A DNA stretch of 64,000 nucleotides from Nocardioides sp. (GTDB lineage Bacteria; Actinomycetota; Actinomycetes; Propionibacteriales; Nocardioidaceae): assembly GCA_041393675.1 (NCBI GenBank), contig JAWKJR010000013.1, positions 13,942-77,941 of the forward strand, read 5' to 3'. The notes under the pieces are model-generated. The model had not been told where the DNA came from, made no database searches, and was given only the letters and a program-made list of their open reading frames with translations. Position numbers and translations under genes: made by a program. Of this stretch, positions 9,156-20,567 are shown piece after piece (positions within the stretch are counted from its first letter, which is position 1; each line of letters opens with the position of its first letter).

Positions 9156-10651
9156 ATGCATCGTGCGATCCGCGGCCGCGTCGCCGCTGCTGCTGCGGCA
9201 CTGACCGCCCTGGTGCCGGCATGGGCGGCCGCCGCGCCGGGGGTCGTGGACAGCGACTTCGGCGTGGCCGGCCAGGTGACCATGGACAACCACGTCGGCG
9301 CCCGGATGCTCGTCCTGCCGAGCGACCTGGTCGTCGTCGCCGGCGGGACGGCCACCGACCCCAGCGCCGTCGACGTGTGGCAGTTCCGGCCGAACGGGAC
9401 GCCCAACGCCAGCTTCGGCACCGGCGGCCGGATCCGGCTGGCGCCGACCGCGGCGTACGAGGACGTCGACCTCGCGCGCGACCCCGGCACGGGACAGCTC
9501 TACGTGCGCGCCTTCGTCGACGACGCCACGTCGACCACCCGGGTCTGGCGCCTGACCGCCCAGGGAGACCTGGACACGACGTGGGGAAGTGGCGGCGTCG
9601 CGACCTTCGCGTCGACCGCGGCCACCGCGATGGCCGTGCAGCCGACCACGCACCGCCTCGTGCTGGCCGTCGGCAACCGGCTGCGTCGACTCACGCCCAC
9701 CGGGGCGCTCGACGGCGGGTTCGGCGTCGGCGGCTCCGCCGTGCTGGCCATGACCCAAGCGCGCCAGGTCACCGCCTTGGCAGACGGTCGGCTGCTGGTG
9801 CCCGCCACCTCGGGCGGCCAGCTCGAGGTGTTCCGGCTGACCGAGGCTGGTCGAGCGGACACCAGCTGGTCGGACGACGGGCGAGTGTCCTACGCCCCGC
9901 CCGTGCCGGCGGACACCACCACGTACTCGGTCTGGCCGCCCCGGGCTGTCGTCCGTCCCGGGGGACAGGTGCTGCTGGTCGCCGGGGTGAACCAGACCCG
10001 GCCGGGCGCCTTCGATGTGCCGATGGTGGTCGTGCAGCTCAAGGCCGACGGGTCGCTCGACGCGACGTTCACGCCCAGCTACCGGATCGGCTTCGAGGCC
10101 CAGCAGCCGGATCTGGCGCTGCAGGTGAACGGGAAGCTGCTGATCAGCGGCCGGCTCGCGGGCAGCCTCGACACCGGCGTGCAGCGGCTGCGTGCGAACG
10201 GCCGGGTCGACGGCTCCTTCGCCGACGCGGGGGTGCTCAGCGATGCCGACGACCAGACCTACTTCGGCGACGTCGCCGTGCAACGCGGCGGGCGCGTGCT
10301 GGTGAGCGGCGTCGCCGGGACCTGGCCTTCGCTCGCCGCCTTCGTCCGCGGCTATGCCGGCGACGCCGTCGCCCAGTGCCAGGGACGCTGGCCCACCCAG
10401 ATGGGCTCCGCGGGCGCCGACCGGCTGGTGGGGACGCCGGGCCGGGACGTGATGTCCGGCCTCGGCGGCGCCGACACGCTGATCGGTCGAGGCGGTGGGG
10501 ACGTGCTGTGCGGTGGCGGTGGCCCGGACGTGCTCAAGGGTGGCGGTGGCGCGGACGTCCTCAGCGGCGGTCGGGCGACGACAAGCTCGTGGGCGGGCGG
10601 GGCAAGGACACTCTGATCGGCGGCCCGGGGGCCGACATCGAGCGGCAATAG
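9156..10651 (+). CDS. Secreted delta-60-repeat beta-propeller protein with C-terminal RTX-like GGxGxD repeats (indel near 3' end)
   Basis: SD aggagg, signal peptide, repeated LDxxFGxGG and RLxxxGxLD, then GLGGADTL, GRGGGDVL, GGGGPDVL, GGRGKDTL. Confidence 0.8.
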
Positions 10652-10852
10652 GCGTCGGCCGCCGGGGAGTCGACGGCCCGCCCGGGTTCACCCGGCGAAC
10701 GGCTCGGCCCGGCGACCCAGCGGTCGCCGGCGTCGGCGTACGGCGGACCAGGCGTCGCTGCCGGAGTGCCTGGGAAGCCGCCGAGTCGATTCGGAGTCGC
10801 TGTCCCGCCGTGGAACAATGACCCGGCCCGACTCACCGACGAGAAGACTCCC

Positions 10853-12716
<1,864 letters not shown>

Positions 12717-12720
<4 letters not shown>

Positions 12721-13211
12721 TCGTCCGTCCGATCCGCGACGACGAGTGGCCGATCGTGGGCTGGCTGTGGCAGGACTTCCGCCACGATCTCGCGCCGATC
12801 GTGAACGGCTTCCCGTACGCCGACGGGCGGTACCGCCACGAGTGGCTGGACGAGCACCCGCAGCCCGATGGCGCCGGCTACCTGGCGTGGCGACCGCACC
12901 CCCACACGGGCGTGGAAGCCCCGGTGGGGTTCGCCCTGGTGCGGGGTCTCGGGTCGGGCCGGGCGGTGATGCAGGCCTTCTTCGTGGTGCCCGCCGCGCG
13001 CCGCGAGGGACTGGGCACCCAGCTCGCCCGCGAGGTCGTGACACGCCACCCGGGCGCGTGGGCGATCCCGTTCCAGCGCGACAACGTGGCTGCCGGGGAG
13101 TTCTGGCGACGCCTGGCCGACGAGCTGTGGCCGGGAGCCTGGGGCGAGACCACCGAACCGGTTCCCACCCGCCCGGGCGCCGCGCCCGACCACTGGATCC
13201 GGGGCGGATGA
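12717..13211 (+). CDS. GNAT family N-acetyltransferase
   Basis: [13 protein letters not shown] acetyl-CoA motif, NVAAGEFW; TTGA overlap with lepA. Confidence 0.85.
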
Positions 13212-14128
13212 GGCTACCCGGCGGCGTCGTGGAGATGGCTGACCGAGGCCCGGACTGGGCGGCCTGGGTCAGGGGCCTGCCCGCTCTGCTGCGCGAGACG
13301 GTCGACGACTGGGGGCTGGCCGTCGACGGTGGGCCGAGACACGGCTACTGCTCGCTCGTGGTGCCCGTGGTGACCGAGGACGGTGAGGCGGCGATGCTCA
13401 AGCTCGCCTTCCCCGACGACGAGTCCGAGCACGAGGCGCTGGCGCTGACCACCTGGGCCGGGGACGGCGCCGTCCGGCTGTTCCGAGCCGACCCGAGTCG
13501 CCGGGCGCTGCTGCTGGAGCGGCTGCGCCCGGACCAGTCGCTGCTGGGAGTCCCGGCACTCGAGGCGTGCGAGGTGGTCGCCGGGCTCTACAGCCACCTC
13601 CACATCCCGGCCCCGGGGCGGCTGCGCCCGCTCACGGCGTACGTCGAGCGCTGGACCGACGATCTGGCCGGGCTGCCGTCGTCGGCGCCCGTCCCGAGGC
13701 GACTCGTCGAGCAGGCGACCGCACTGGCTCGCGACCTGGTCGCCGACCGGGGCAGCGTCGGCACGCTGATCCACGCCGACCTCCACGACGCGAACGTCCT
13801 GGCAGCCGGGCGGGAGCCGTGGTTGGCCATCGACCCGAAGCCGGTGAGTGGAGACCCGCACTACGAGCCGGCACCGATGCTGTGGAACCGGTGGGACGAG
13901 GCGATCGCTTCCGGCGACGTACGTCGGGAGGTGCGAGGTCGCTTCCACACCCTCATCGACGCCGGGGGGCTCGACGAGGACCGCGCACGCGAGTGGGTGG
14001 TCGTGCGGATGCTCCACAACGCCTCGTGGACGATCCTCGACGCGCACGGGGCCGGGCAGCCGCTGGCGGGCGAGGACCAGGACTGGATCACCACCTGTGT
14101 GACCATCGCCAAGGCCGTGCAGGACTGA
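13208..14128 (+). CDS. APH(6)/hydroxyurea kinase family phosphotransferase
   Basis: MLKLAFP, EALALTTWAGDGAVRL, LLLERL, LIHADLHDANVLAAGREPWLAIDPKP. Confidence 0.88.
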   Translation: MRLPGGVVEMADRGPDWAAWVRGLPALLRETVDDWGLAVDGGPRHGYCSLVVPVVTEDGEAAMLKLAFPDDESEHEALALTTWAGDGAVRLFRADPSRRALLLERLRPDQSLLGVPALEACEVVAGLYSHLHIPAPGRLRPLTAYVERWTDDLAGLPSSAPVPRRLVEQATALARDLVADRGSVGTLIHADLHDANVLAAGREPWLAIDPKPVSGDPHYEPAPMLWNRWDEAIASGDVRREVRGRFHTLIDAGGLDEDRAREWVVVRMLHNASWTILDAHGAGQPLAGEDQDWITTCVTIAKAVQD

Positions 14129-14141
14129 CCGCTCCGAAGTT

Positions 14142-14268
14142 CTGCCGGATCGCCGAGGTGCTGCCGGATCGCCGAGGTGCTGCCGGATCGCCGAGGTGCT
14201 GCCGGATCGGCGAGGTTCTGCCGGATCGCCGAGGTGCTGCCGGATCGGCGAGGTGCTGCCGATCGGCG
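14142..14268. repeat. 19-bp tandem repeat ctgccggatcg(c/g)cgaggt(g/t), six copies plus a partial
   Basis: Units start at 14142, 14161, 14180, 14199, 14218, 14237, partial 14256; fills the gap between convergent genes. Confidence 0.95.
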
Positions 14269-15555
14269 TCACATGAGGTAGCGCAGGTAGAGGTAGCCGG
14301 AGGACACCAGCGCGGAGGCGAGCACGACGACGATTCCGTACTTGGTGAACTCCCAGAAGCTGATCGGGGAGCCGTAGCGGGCGGCCATGCCCAAGACGAC
14401 GACGTTGGCGCTCGCCCCGACCGCGGTGGCGTTGCCGCCGAGGTCGGCGCCGATCGCGAGCGACCACCAGAGCACGTCGCCGTTGCCCCCCTGCTGGGCG
14501 ACGAGGGCGGAGACCACGGGAGCCATGGTGGCGACGTACGGGATGTTGTCGACGATCCCCGAGAGCAGCATCGACACGAGCAGGATGACGACGGCGGCCA
14601 CGGCGAGGTTGCCGCCGATCCGCTCGGCCAGCCACTCCGCGAACCGCTCGATCACCCCGGTCTCGACGAGAGCCCCCACCATGACGAACAGCCCCATGAA
14701 GAAGACCAGGGTCTCCCACTCGACGTCGACCAGCGCGTCCTCGATCGTGACGGAGGAGATCAGCAGCAGGACGCCGGCGCCGAGCAGCGCCACCACCGAC
14801 GGCTCGTAGTGGAGGAACGGGTGCAGCACGAACCCGGCGAGCACCAGTGCCAGCACGAACAGGCTCCGCCACAGCAGCGGTACGTCCCGGATGGCGTCGC
14901 GCTCGGACAGGGCCATCACCTCCGCGACCCGGTCGGGGTCGTAGGTGAACGCCGAACGGAACAGCACGCGCAGCATCACCACGAGCACTGCCGTCATCAC
15001 GACCGCGAGCGGCCCGAGGTGGACCAGGAAGTGGTTGAAAGTCAGGTTGGCCCGGCTGCCGATGATGATGTTGGGCGGGTCGCCGATCAGGGTGCCCATG
15101 CCGCCGGTGTTGGACGCCAGCACCTCGGCGATGAGGTACGGGGTGACCTTGAGGCCCAGCCGCTCGCAGACGAGGAAGGTCACCGGCGCGATGAGCAGCA
15201 CCGTGGTCACGTTGTCCAGCAGCGCCGAGGCCACCGCCGTGATCGTGGCGAGGAGGGCCATCAGGGCGAACGGCCGGCCCCGGGCACGCTTCGCGGCGTG
15301 GATCGCCAGCGCCTCGAAGAGACCGGTCGTCTTGAGGACGCCGACGATGATCATCATCCCGAAGAGCAGGAAGATGACGTTCCAGTCGATGCCCGACTCG
15401 TGGGAGTAGAACGCGGCGTCACCGTCGGTGAGCCGCAGCGCCAGCATCAGCGAGGCGCCGCCGAGCGCGGCCGCGACGCGGTGGATCCGCTCGGTCGCGA
15501 TCAGCGTGTAGGCGCCCACGAAGACGATGAGGGAGGCGATCTCGGAGAAGCCCAT
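14269..15555 (-). CDS. ArsB/NhaD (SLC13-like) family permease
   Basis: IDWNVIFLLFGMM, SALLDNVTTVL, GGMGTLIGDPPN, SGIVDNIP, GGNATAVGASANV. Confidence 0.9.
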   Translation of the reverse strand: MGFSEIASLIVFVGAYTLIATERIHRVAAALGGASLMLALRLTDGDAAFYSHESGIDWNVIFLLFGMMIIVGVLKTTGLFEALAIHAAKRARGRPFALMALLATITAVASALLDNVTTVLLIAPVTFLVCERLGLKVTPYLIAEVLASNTGGMGTLIGDPPNIIIGSRANLTFNHFLVHLGPLAVVMTAVLVVMLRVLFRSAFTYDPDRVAEVMALSERDAIRDVPLLWRSLFVLALVLAGFVLHPFLHYEPSVVALLGAGVLLLISSVTIEDALVDVEWETLVFFMGLFVMVGALVETGVIERFAEWLAERIGGNLAVAAVVILLVSMLLSGIVDNIPYVATMAPVVSALVAQQGGNGDVLWWSLAIGADLGGNATAVGASANVVVLGMAARYGSPISFWEFTKYGIVVVLASALVSSGYLYLRYLM

Positions 15556-15559
15556 GGGC

Positions 15560-16000
15560 TCAGGGCACCAGGTGCTCGAGCAGACTCGAGGCGGAGATCG
15601 CCCCGGCCAGGGACCCGTCGTCGTTCACGACCACGAGCAGGGGGGCTGCGCAGGCTGGCCATCGCGGCGGCACTCCATGATCGTCGCGGCCGCTTGACCG
15701 CCGGCAGCTCCAGGCGGCGGTCCTTGGGCAGCAGGTCTCCCACGGTCCTGTCCAGCAGTCGCTCGGCGCAGGCGTCGGAGGCCTTCTCGCCGTACACCTT
15801 GACCAGCGACGGTCCTCCTGCAGATAGCCGGGGATGAGGAAGTTCAGCACCTGCGACCCGGGGAGCACGGTCAGCGGTCTGCCGTCCTTGAGGACCAGCA
15901 CGGCCGGACGGTGTTCCTGGCCAATCATGCGGACCGCATCGTCGGCGGGCGCGTTCACGTCGATCGAGGGGTAGGTCTGCATCACATCGGCGGCGCGCAT
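15560..16000 (-). CDS. CBS domain protein (internal indels)
   Basis: MRAADVM..., LPGSQVLNFLIPGYLQED, LVVVNDDGSLAGAIS; adjacent to the permease. Confidence 0.75.
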   Translation of the reverse strand: MRAADVMQTYPSIDVNAPADDAVRMIGQEHRPAVLVLKDGRPLTVLPGSQVLNFLIPGYLQEDRRWSRCTARRPPTPAPSDCWTGPWETCCPRTAAWSCRRSSGRDDHGVPPRWPACAAPLLVVVNDDGSLAGAISASSLLEHLVP

Positions 16001-16124
16001 GGCACGACTCTAGGCAATGCCCGCGATCGGGACGGGCGTGGCTGTGCGACGCGTGTCGCCGGGCGGAGGGCGGCCGGGCAGGGCGGCCTGGAGGAATGGT
16101 GCCGGGGGAGCCACCCCCGCCACG

Positions 16125-16940
16125 TCAGGGTGTCGCCCTGCCCGGGGTCTCGGCGAGGGTGGTCGCGCCGGTCATGATCGCGACCGCCTCGTTCATCGTG
16201 TGGGACGCCGGCGTCACCACGCCGGCGCAGCCGCCCAGCCGCTGGATGTGGATGCGGTCGGCCACCTCGAACACGTGTGGCATGTTGTGGCTGATCAGGA
16301 TCACCGGCATGCCGCTCTCGCGGACCCGCTCGATCATCCGGAGCACCTGGTTGGACTCCTTGACGCCCAGCGCGGCCGTCGGCTCGTCGAGCACGATCAG
16401 CTTGCTGGCGAAGGCCGCGGCCCGGGCCACGGCCACGGCCTGGCGCTGACCCCCGGAGAGGGTCTCCACGGCCTGGCCCATGTTCTGCAGCGTGCCGATG
16501 CCCAGGTCGCTCATCGCCGTCCCGGCATCCTCGCGCATGCCCTTGTAGTCGAGCATGCGCAGCACCGTGCCCAGCGGGCCGGGCCGCCGCCGCTCCCGGC
16601 CGAGGTACATGTTGCTGGCGATGTCGAGCGCCGGCGCGACCGCGAGTGTCTGGTAGACCGTCTCGATCCCGGCCTCCCGGGCCTCGTGGGGACGGCGGAA
16701 CTGCACCGGGTTGCCGTCCAGCATCATCTGGCCGGCATCGGGGGTCATCGCGCCGGTCAGGCACTTGATGAGCGTGGACTTGCCGGCGCCGTTGTCGCCG
16801 ATGATGGCGAGCACCTCACCGGGGTAGAGGTCCATGTCGACGCCGTCCAGGCCGACGACCTTGCCGAAGGTCTTCACCAGGCCGCGGGCGGACAGGACGG
16901 CGGTCCGCTGGGCGGAGCTGGTCGGGGCCGTGGTGGTCAT
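16125..16940 (-). CDS. Monosaccharide ABC transporter ATPase (FrcA-like)
   Basis: GDNGAGKST, LSGGQRQAVAVAR, VLDEPT, ISHN. Confidence 0.93.
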   Translation of the reverse strand: MTTTAPTSSAQRTAVLSARGLVKTFGKVVGLDGVDMDLYPGEVLAIIGDNGAGKSTLIKCLTGAMTPDAGQMMLDGNPVQFRRPHEAREAGIETVYQTLAVAPALDIASNMYLGRERRRPGPLGTVLRMLDYKGMREDAGTAMSDLGIGTLQNMGQAVETLSGGQRQAVAVARAAAFASKLIVLDEPTAALGVKESNQVLRMIERVRESGMPVILISHNMPHVFEVADRIHIQRLGGCAGVVTPASHTMNEAVAIMTGATTLAETPGRATP

Positions 16941-17964
16941 GCGCGCACCTTCCTGATCCACTGGTCGACGGAGACAGCGACGATGACGAGTACGCCGATG
17001 GCGAGAATGCGCGGCCGCTCGTCGAAGCCGGCCAGCGACAGGCCGTTGTTGAAGGCGTACACGATGAGCGCCCCGATCGCCGTGCCGGCGAGGGTGCCAC
17101 GACCGCCGAAGAGGCTCGTCCTGCCGATCACCACCGCCGTGATCGACTCCAGGTTGGCGTTGGGGACGGCGTTCGTCCCGGCGGCGCTCGCCCGGCCGAT
17201 CATCAGCCACGCGGTGAGCCCGAACACGGTGCCGGCGATCGTGTAGACGCTGAGCAGCACTCGGTCCACGCTGATGCCCGCGAGCCGCGCCGCCTCGGGG
17301 TCGTCGCCGACGGCGTAGACGTGCTTGCCCCACGTGGTCTGGGTCAGCGCGAAGTGGAAGACGAGGTAGAGCAGGATCACGATCAGCACGCCGTAGGTGA
17401 TGACGAACCCGCCCATCCGGATCACGTTGCCCGTCCAGAGCAGGGAGCCGGGCATGTCGGCCGCCTGGACGCTCTGGCCGCTCGTGTACATCAGCGTGAG
17501 CGCGGTGAAGATGCTCCAGGGTGCCGAGCGTGACGATGAACGGCGGGAGCTTGAGACGGGTCACCAGCAGGCCGTTGAGCAGGCCGGCCGCTGTCCCGAC
17601 GGCCATCGCTGAGCAGGATGGCCAGCCAGCCGGGCCAGCCCTTCTCGGCGGCGAACTGGCGCCGACCATCATCGAGAGCACCATGATCGTGCCCACCGAG
17701 AGGTCGATCCCGGCCGTCAGGATGATCAGGGTCTGGCCGATCGCCAGGGCCGCGATGATCGCGGCCTGCTGAAGGATCAGCGACCACGTCCCCGCGCTGG
17801 CGAAGCGGCTGTTGACCGCGGTGAAGATCACGGAGGCGAAGACCAGCACGAGCAGCGGGCTCAGTGCGGGGTGGGAGTGCAGGACGTGCTGCACGCGCTG
17901 CAGGGGCGTTTGCTGACGCGCCGCGAACTGCTCTGCCGCGGTCGCGGGGGTGGCTGACTGACAC
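16937..17964 (-). CDS. Monosaccharide ABC permease (FrcC-like; indels)
   Basis: GQTLIILTAGIDLSVG, KLPPFIVTLGT, WGKHVYAVGDDPEAARLAGI, LESITAVVIG. Confidence 0.9.
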
Positions 17965-18039
17965 GGCTTCCTCCTGCCGTCAGGGTTGGGTGAGCCGGTG
18001 GGGGCGGTGGGGCGCCCCCACCGGCTCACGATGCTGGGA

Positions 18040-19116
18040 TCAGCCCCAGCAGAGGTCCGCGCCCTCGGTGGTGTCGATGGACTCGACGCCGTCGGCGGGC
18101 GTGTCGGTCACCAGCGCGACGCCGGTGTTGAAGAAGTCGAGACCCTCGGAGTTCGCCGGCTTGTCGCCGCCGCGGGCGATCTCGGCGATCGCCTTGACCC
18201 CGAGCTCGGCCATCTTGAGCGGGTACTGCTGCGAGGTGGCACCGATGATGCCGTCCTTGACCTGCTGGACGCCGTCGCAGCCGCCGTCGACCGAGACGAT
18301 GAGCACGCCGTCCGCGGTGCCGGCCTGCTCGAGCGCCGCATGGGCGCCGACCGCTGCCGGCTCGTTGATGGTGTAGACGACGTTGACGTCGGGGTTCTTG
18401 TTCAGGCAGGTCTCCATGGCGGTCCGTCCGCCGTCCTCCGCGCCGTTGGTCGGCTCGTTGCAGACGATCTCGTAGTCGCCGCCGGAGTAGGAGCCGGTGG
18501 GAGCCTCGTCGCCGTTGACCTTGTCGTCGGCCACGTCGATGCCCATGCCCTCCAAGAAGCCCTGGTCGCGGTTGTAGTCGACGGAGACGACCTGGTCGTT
18601 GAACAGGTCGAGGAGCGCGATGGTGGCCTTCTCGCCACCCAGCTGGGCTGCGGTCCACTGGCCGATCAGCTTGCCGGCCTCCAGGTTGTCCGTGGCGAAG
18701 GTGATGTCGACGGTGTCCGGCGGGTCCGGGGGAGTGTCGAGCGCGATGACGTACAGGCCAGCGTCGCGGGCCTTGGTGATGGCCGGGTTCACGTCCGGGC
18801 CGCTGGGGGTGATCAGGATGCCGTCGTCGCCGCGGTTCACGGCCTCCTCGATGGCCTGGATCTGGCCGGCGGTGTCGCCGTCCTCCTTGCCGGCGGCGGT
18901 GGTGATCTTGACGCCCTCGGCCTCGCCGGCCTTCTTGGCGCCGTCGGCCATCGCCACGAAGAACGGGTTCGAGGTGTTCTTGGTGATGAGAGTGACGGCG
19001 ATGTCGCCGTCGCTGCCGCTGCCGCTGTCGCCGTTGCCGCAGGCCGCGAGGCTGGCCATGGCCACTACCGCGACGCCCGTGAGGGCCAGTGGCCGGCTGA
19101 ACTTCCGCTGGAACAC
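18040..19116 (-). CDS. Sugar ABC substrate-binding lipoprotein (FrcB-like)
   Basis: Lipobox LAAC; LITKNTSNPFF, VYTINEP, ATSQQYPLKMA. Confidence 0.92.
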   Translation of the reverse strand: MFQRKFSRPLALTGVAVVAMASLAACGNGDSGSGSDGDIAVTLITKNTSNPFFVAMADGAKKAGEAEGVKITTAAGKEDGDTAGQIQAIEEAVNRGDDGILITPSGPDVNPAITKARDAGLYVIALDTPPDPPDTVDITFATDNLEAGKLIGQWTAAQLGGEKATIALLDLFNDQVVSVDYNRDQGFLEGMGIDVADDKVNGDEAPTGSYSGGDYEIVCNEPTNGAEDGGRTAMETCLNKNPDVNVVYTINEPAAVGAHAALEQAGTADGVLIVSVDGGCDGVQQVKDGIIGATSQQYPLKMAELGVKAIAEIARGGDKPANSEGLDFFNTGVALVTDTPADGVESIDTTEGADLCWG

Positions 19117-19162
19117 TGTGTTCCCCTTTCGCTGGGTTTCGTCATCGCCGGCCGACCCGGCT

Positions 19163-19243
19163 TGACAACGTTGTCAGATGTACAGTTGCGTATTCCCGGG
19201 CGCTCTGTCAAGACTCGCTGGTCACAATCTGACATCGTTGTCT
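19163..19243. promoter_or_regulatory. Two LacI-type operators
   Basis: Perfect palindrome tgacaacgttgtca (19163-19176) and variant tgacatcgttgtct (19230-19243) with central CG, between divergent genes. Confidence 0.8.
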
Positions 19244-19318
19244 ATGCTGTCGGGGCAGGGCGGTGACGGCGAGCACCGCCCGGAGGCACCGAGGGCTCGA
19301 CGAGGGAGGGGGTCGGCG

Positions 19319-20353
19319 ATGGCCGAGCGCACACGGGCGACCATGCAGCACGTCGCCGCGCTGGCGGGCGTCTCGCTCAAGACGGTGTCGCGGGTGGTCA
19401 ACGGTGAGCCGGGGGTGTCGGAGGAGCTCGAGGCGCGGGTGCGCGACGCCGTGCAGCGACTGGGCTACCGACACAACCTGGCGGCCAGCAACCTGCGCCG
19501 CGGGAGGCGTACGGCCTCCATCGGCGTGCTGGTGCAGGACCTGCGCAACGACTTCAGCGGCGAGTTGCTGCGCGCCGTCGAGGACATCGCTCGGCTGCGC
19601 GGTGTCGTGGTGATGTCGTCCAGCCTCGACGAGGAGCCGCAGCGCGAGGTGGAGCTCGTGCGCGGCCTGGTGGAGCGCCGCATCGACGGGCTGATCCTCA
19701 TGCCCGCCACCGAGGACCAGTCCTACCTGCTGCCGGAGGTGCACGCGGGGCTGGCCGTCGTCGTCGTGGACCGGCCGCCGCGGGGGATCTCCCTCGACTC
19801 GGTCACCGCCGACAATGCGGCCGGTGTCGCCGCCGGTGTGGATCACCTCGCCGCCCACGGTCATCGCCGGGTCGCGTTCGTCGGCGACGACACGCACATC
19901 CCGACGGCGGCGGACCGGCGGGCCGGCTACCTCAGCGCCGTCGCCAGGCTCGGCCTGGACGACGAGCCGGAGCTGCGTGTGACCGGTGCCCGCACCCCGC
20001 AGGACGCCGAGCGCGCCGTGGCCGCGCTGCTGGCGCTGGACCGGCCGCCGACGGCCATCATGGCCGCGCGCAACGTGATCACCATCGCGGCCGTCCGCGC
20101 CCTGCGGGCGGCCAGCCTGTCCCACCAGATCGCGCTGGTGGGCTTCGACGACTTCCCGACCGCCGACCTGCTCGAGCCCGGGGTCACGCTGATCAAGCAG
20201 GACGTCGTCGGGCTCGGCACCCGCGCCATGGACATCCTCCTGGGGCGGATGGACGGCGAGGCCGGTGTCGGCTGGCGGAACGAGGTGCTCCCGACCACGC
20301 TGGTCGAGCGGGGCAGCGGTGAGATCCCAGGCCCGGCCGCTCGCAGGCACTGA
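19319..20353 (+). CDS. LacI family transcriptional regulator
   Basis: TMQHVAALAGVSLKTVSRVVNG HTH; ALVGFDD; LVERGS. Confidence 0.95.
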   Translation: MAERTRATMQHVAALAGVSLKTVSRVVNGEPGVSEELEARVRDAVQRLGYRHNLAASNLRRGRRTASIGVLVQDLRNDFSGELLRAVEDIARLRGVVVMSSSLDEEPQREVELVRGLVERRIDGLILMPATEDQSYLLPEVHAGLAVVVVDRPPRGISLDSVTADNAAGVAAGVDHLAAHGHRRVAFVGDDTHIPTAADRRAGYLSAVARLGLDDEPELRVTGARTPQDAERAVAALLALDRPPTAIMAARNVITIAAVRALRAASLSHQIALVGFDDFPTADLLEPGVTLIKQDVVGLGTRAMDILLGRMDGEAGVGWRNEVLPTTLVERGSGEIPGPAARRH

Positions 20354-20567
20354 ACGGGGTAGCCGGGGATTGCCGGTGTCGCCGGTGTTGCCGGTGTTGC
20401 CGGGTCGTGACGGCTCAGGTGCTACCGGTCCGTAACCAAGTGATCTAGGTTGGCACTCGACACGGTTCGCCGCGGCCGTTCGGGTCGGCGCGGTAACTCG
20501 TGGTCGCACGACCGCGTCGATGGCCGTGTGGATGGCCGAGCCGAGAGCCGAGGGGTGCAGGAGCAGC

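Noticed and set aside
14142-14268. CRISPR array
   Set aside because: Units are contiguous 19-mers with no unique spacers, and there are no cas genes
20372-20404. 9-bp repeat gccggtgt[ct] after lacI
   Set aside because: About three copies of a low-complexity GC-rich unit; no functional evidence
20450-20476. Second CIRCE upstream of the acyl-CoA synthetase
   Set aside because: Only the left half ttggcactc is present; no matching right arm after 9 nt
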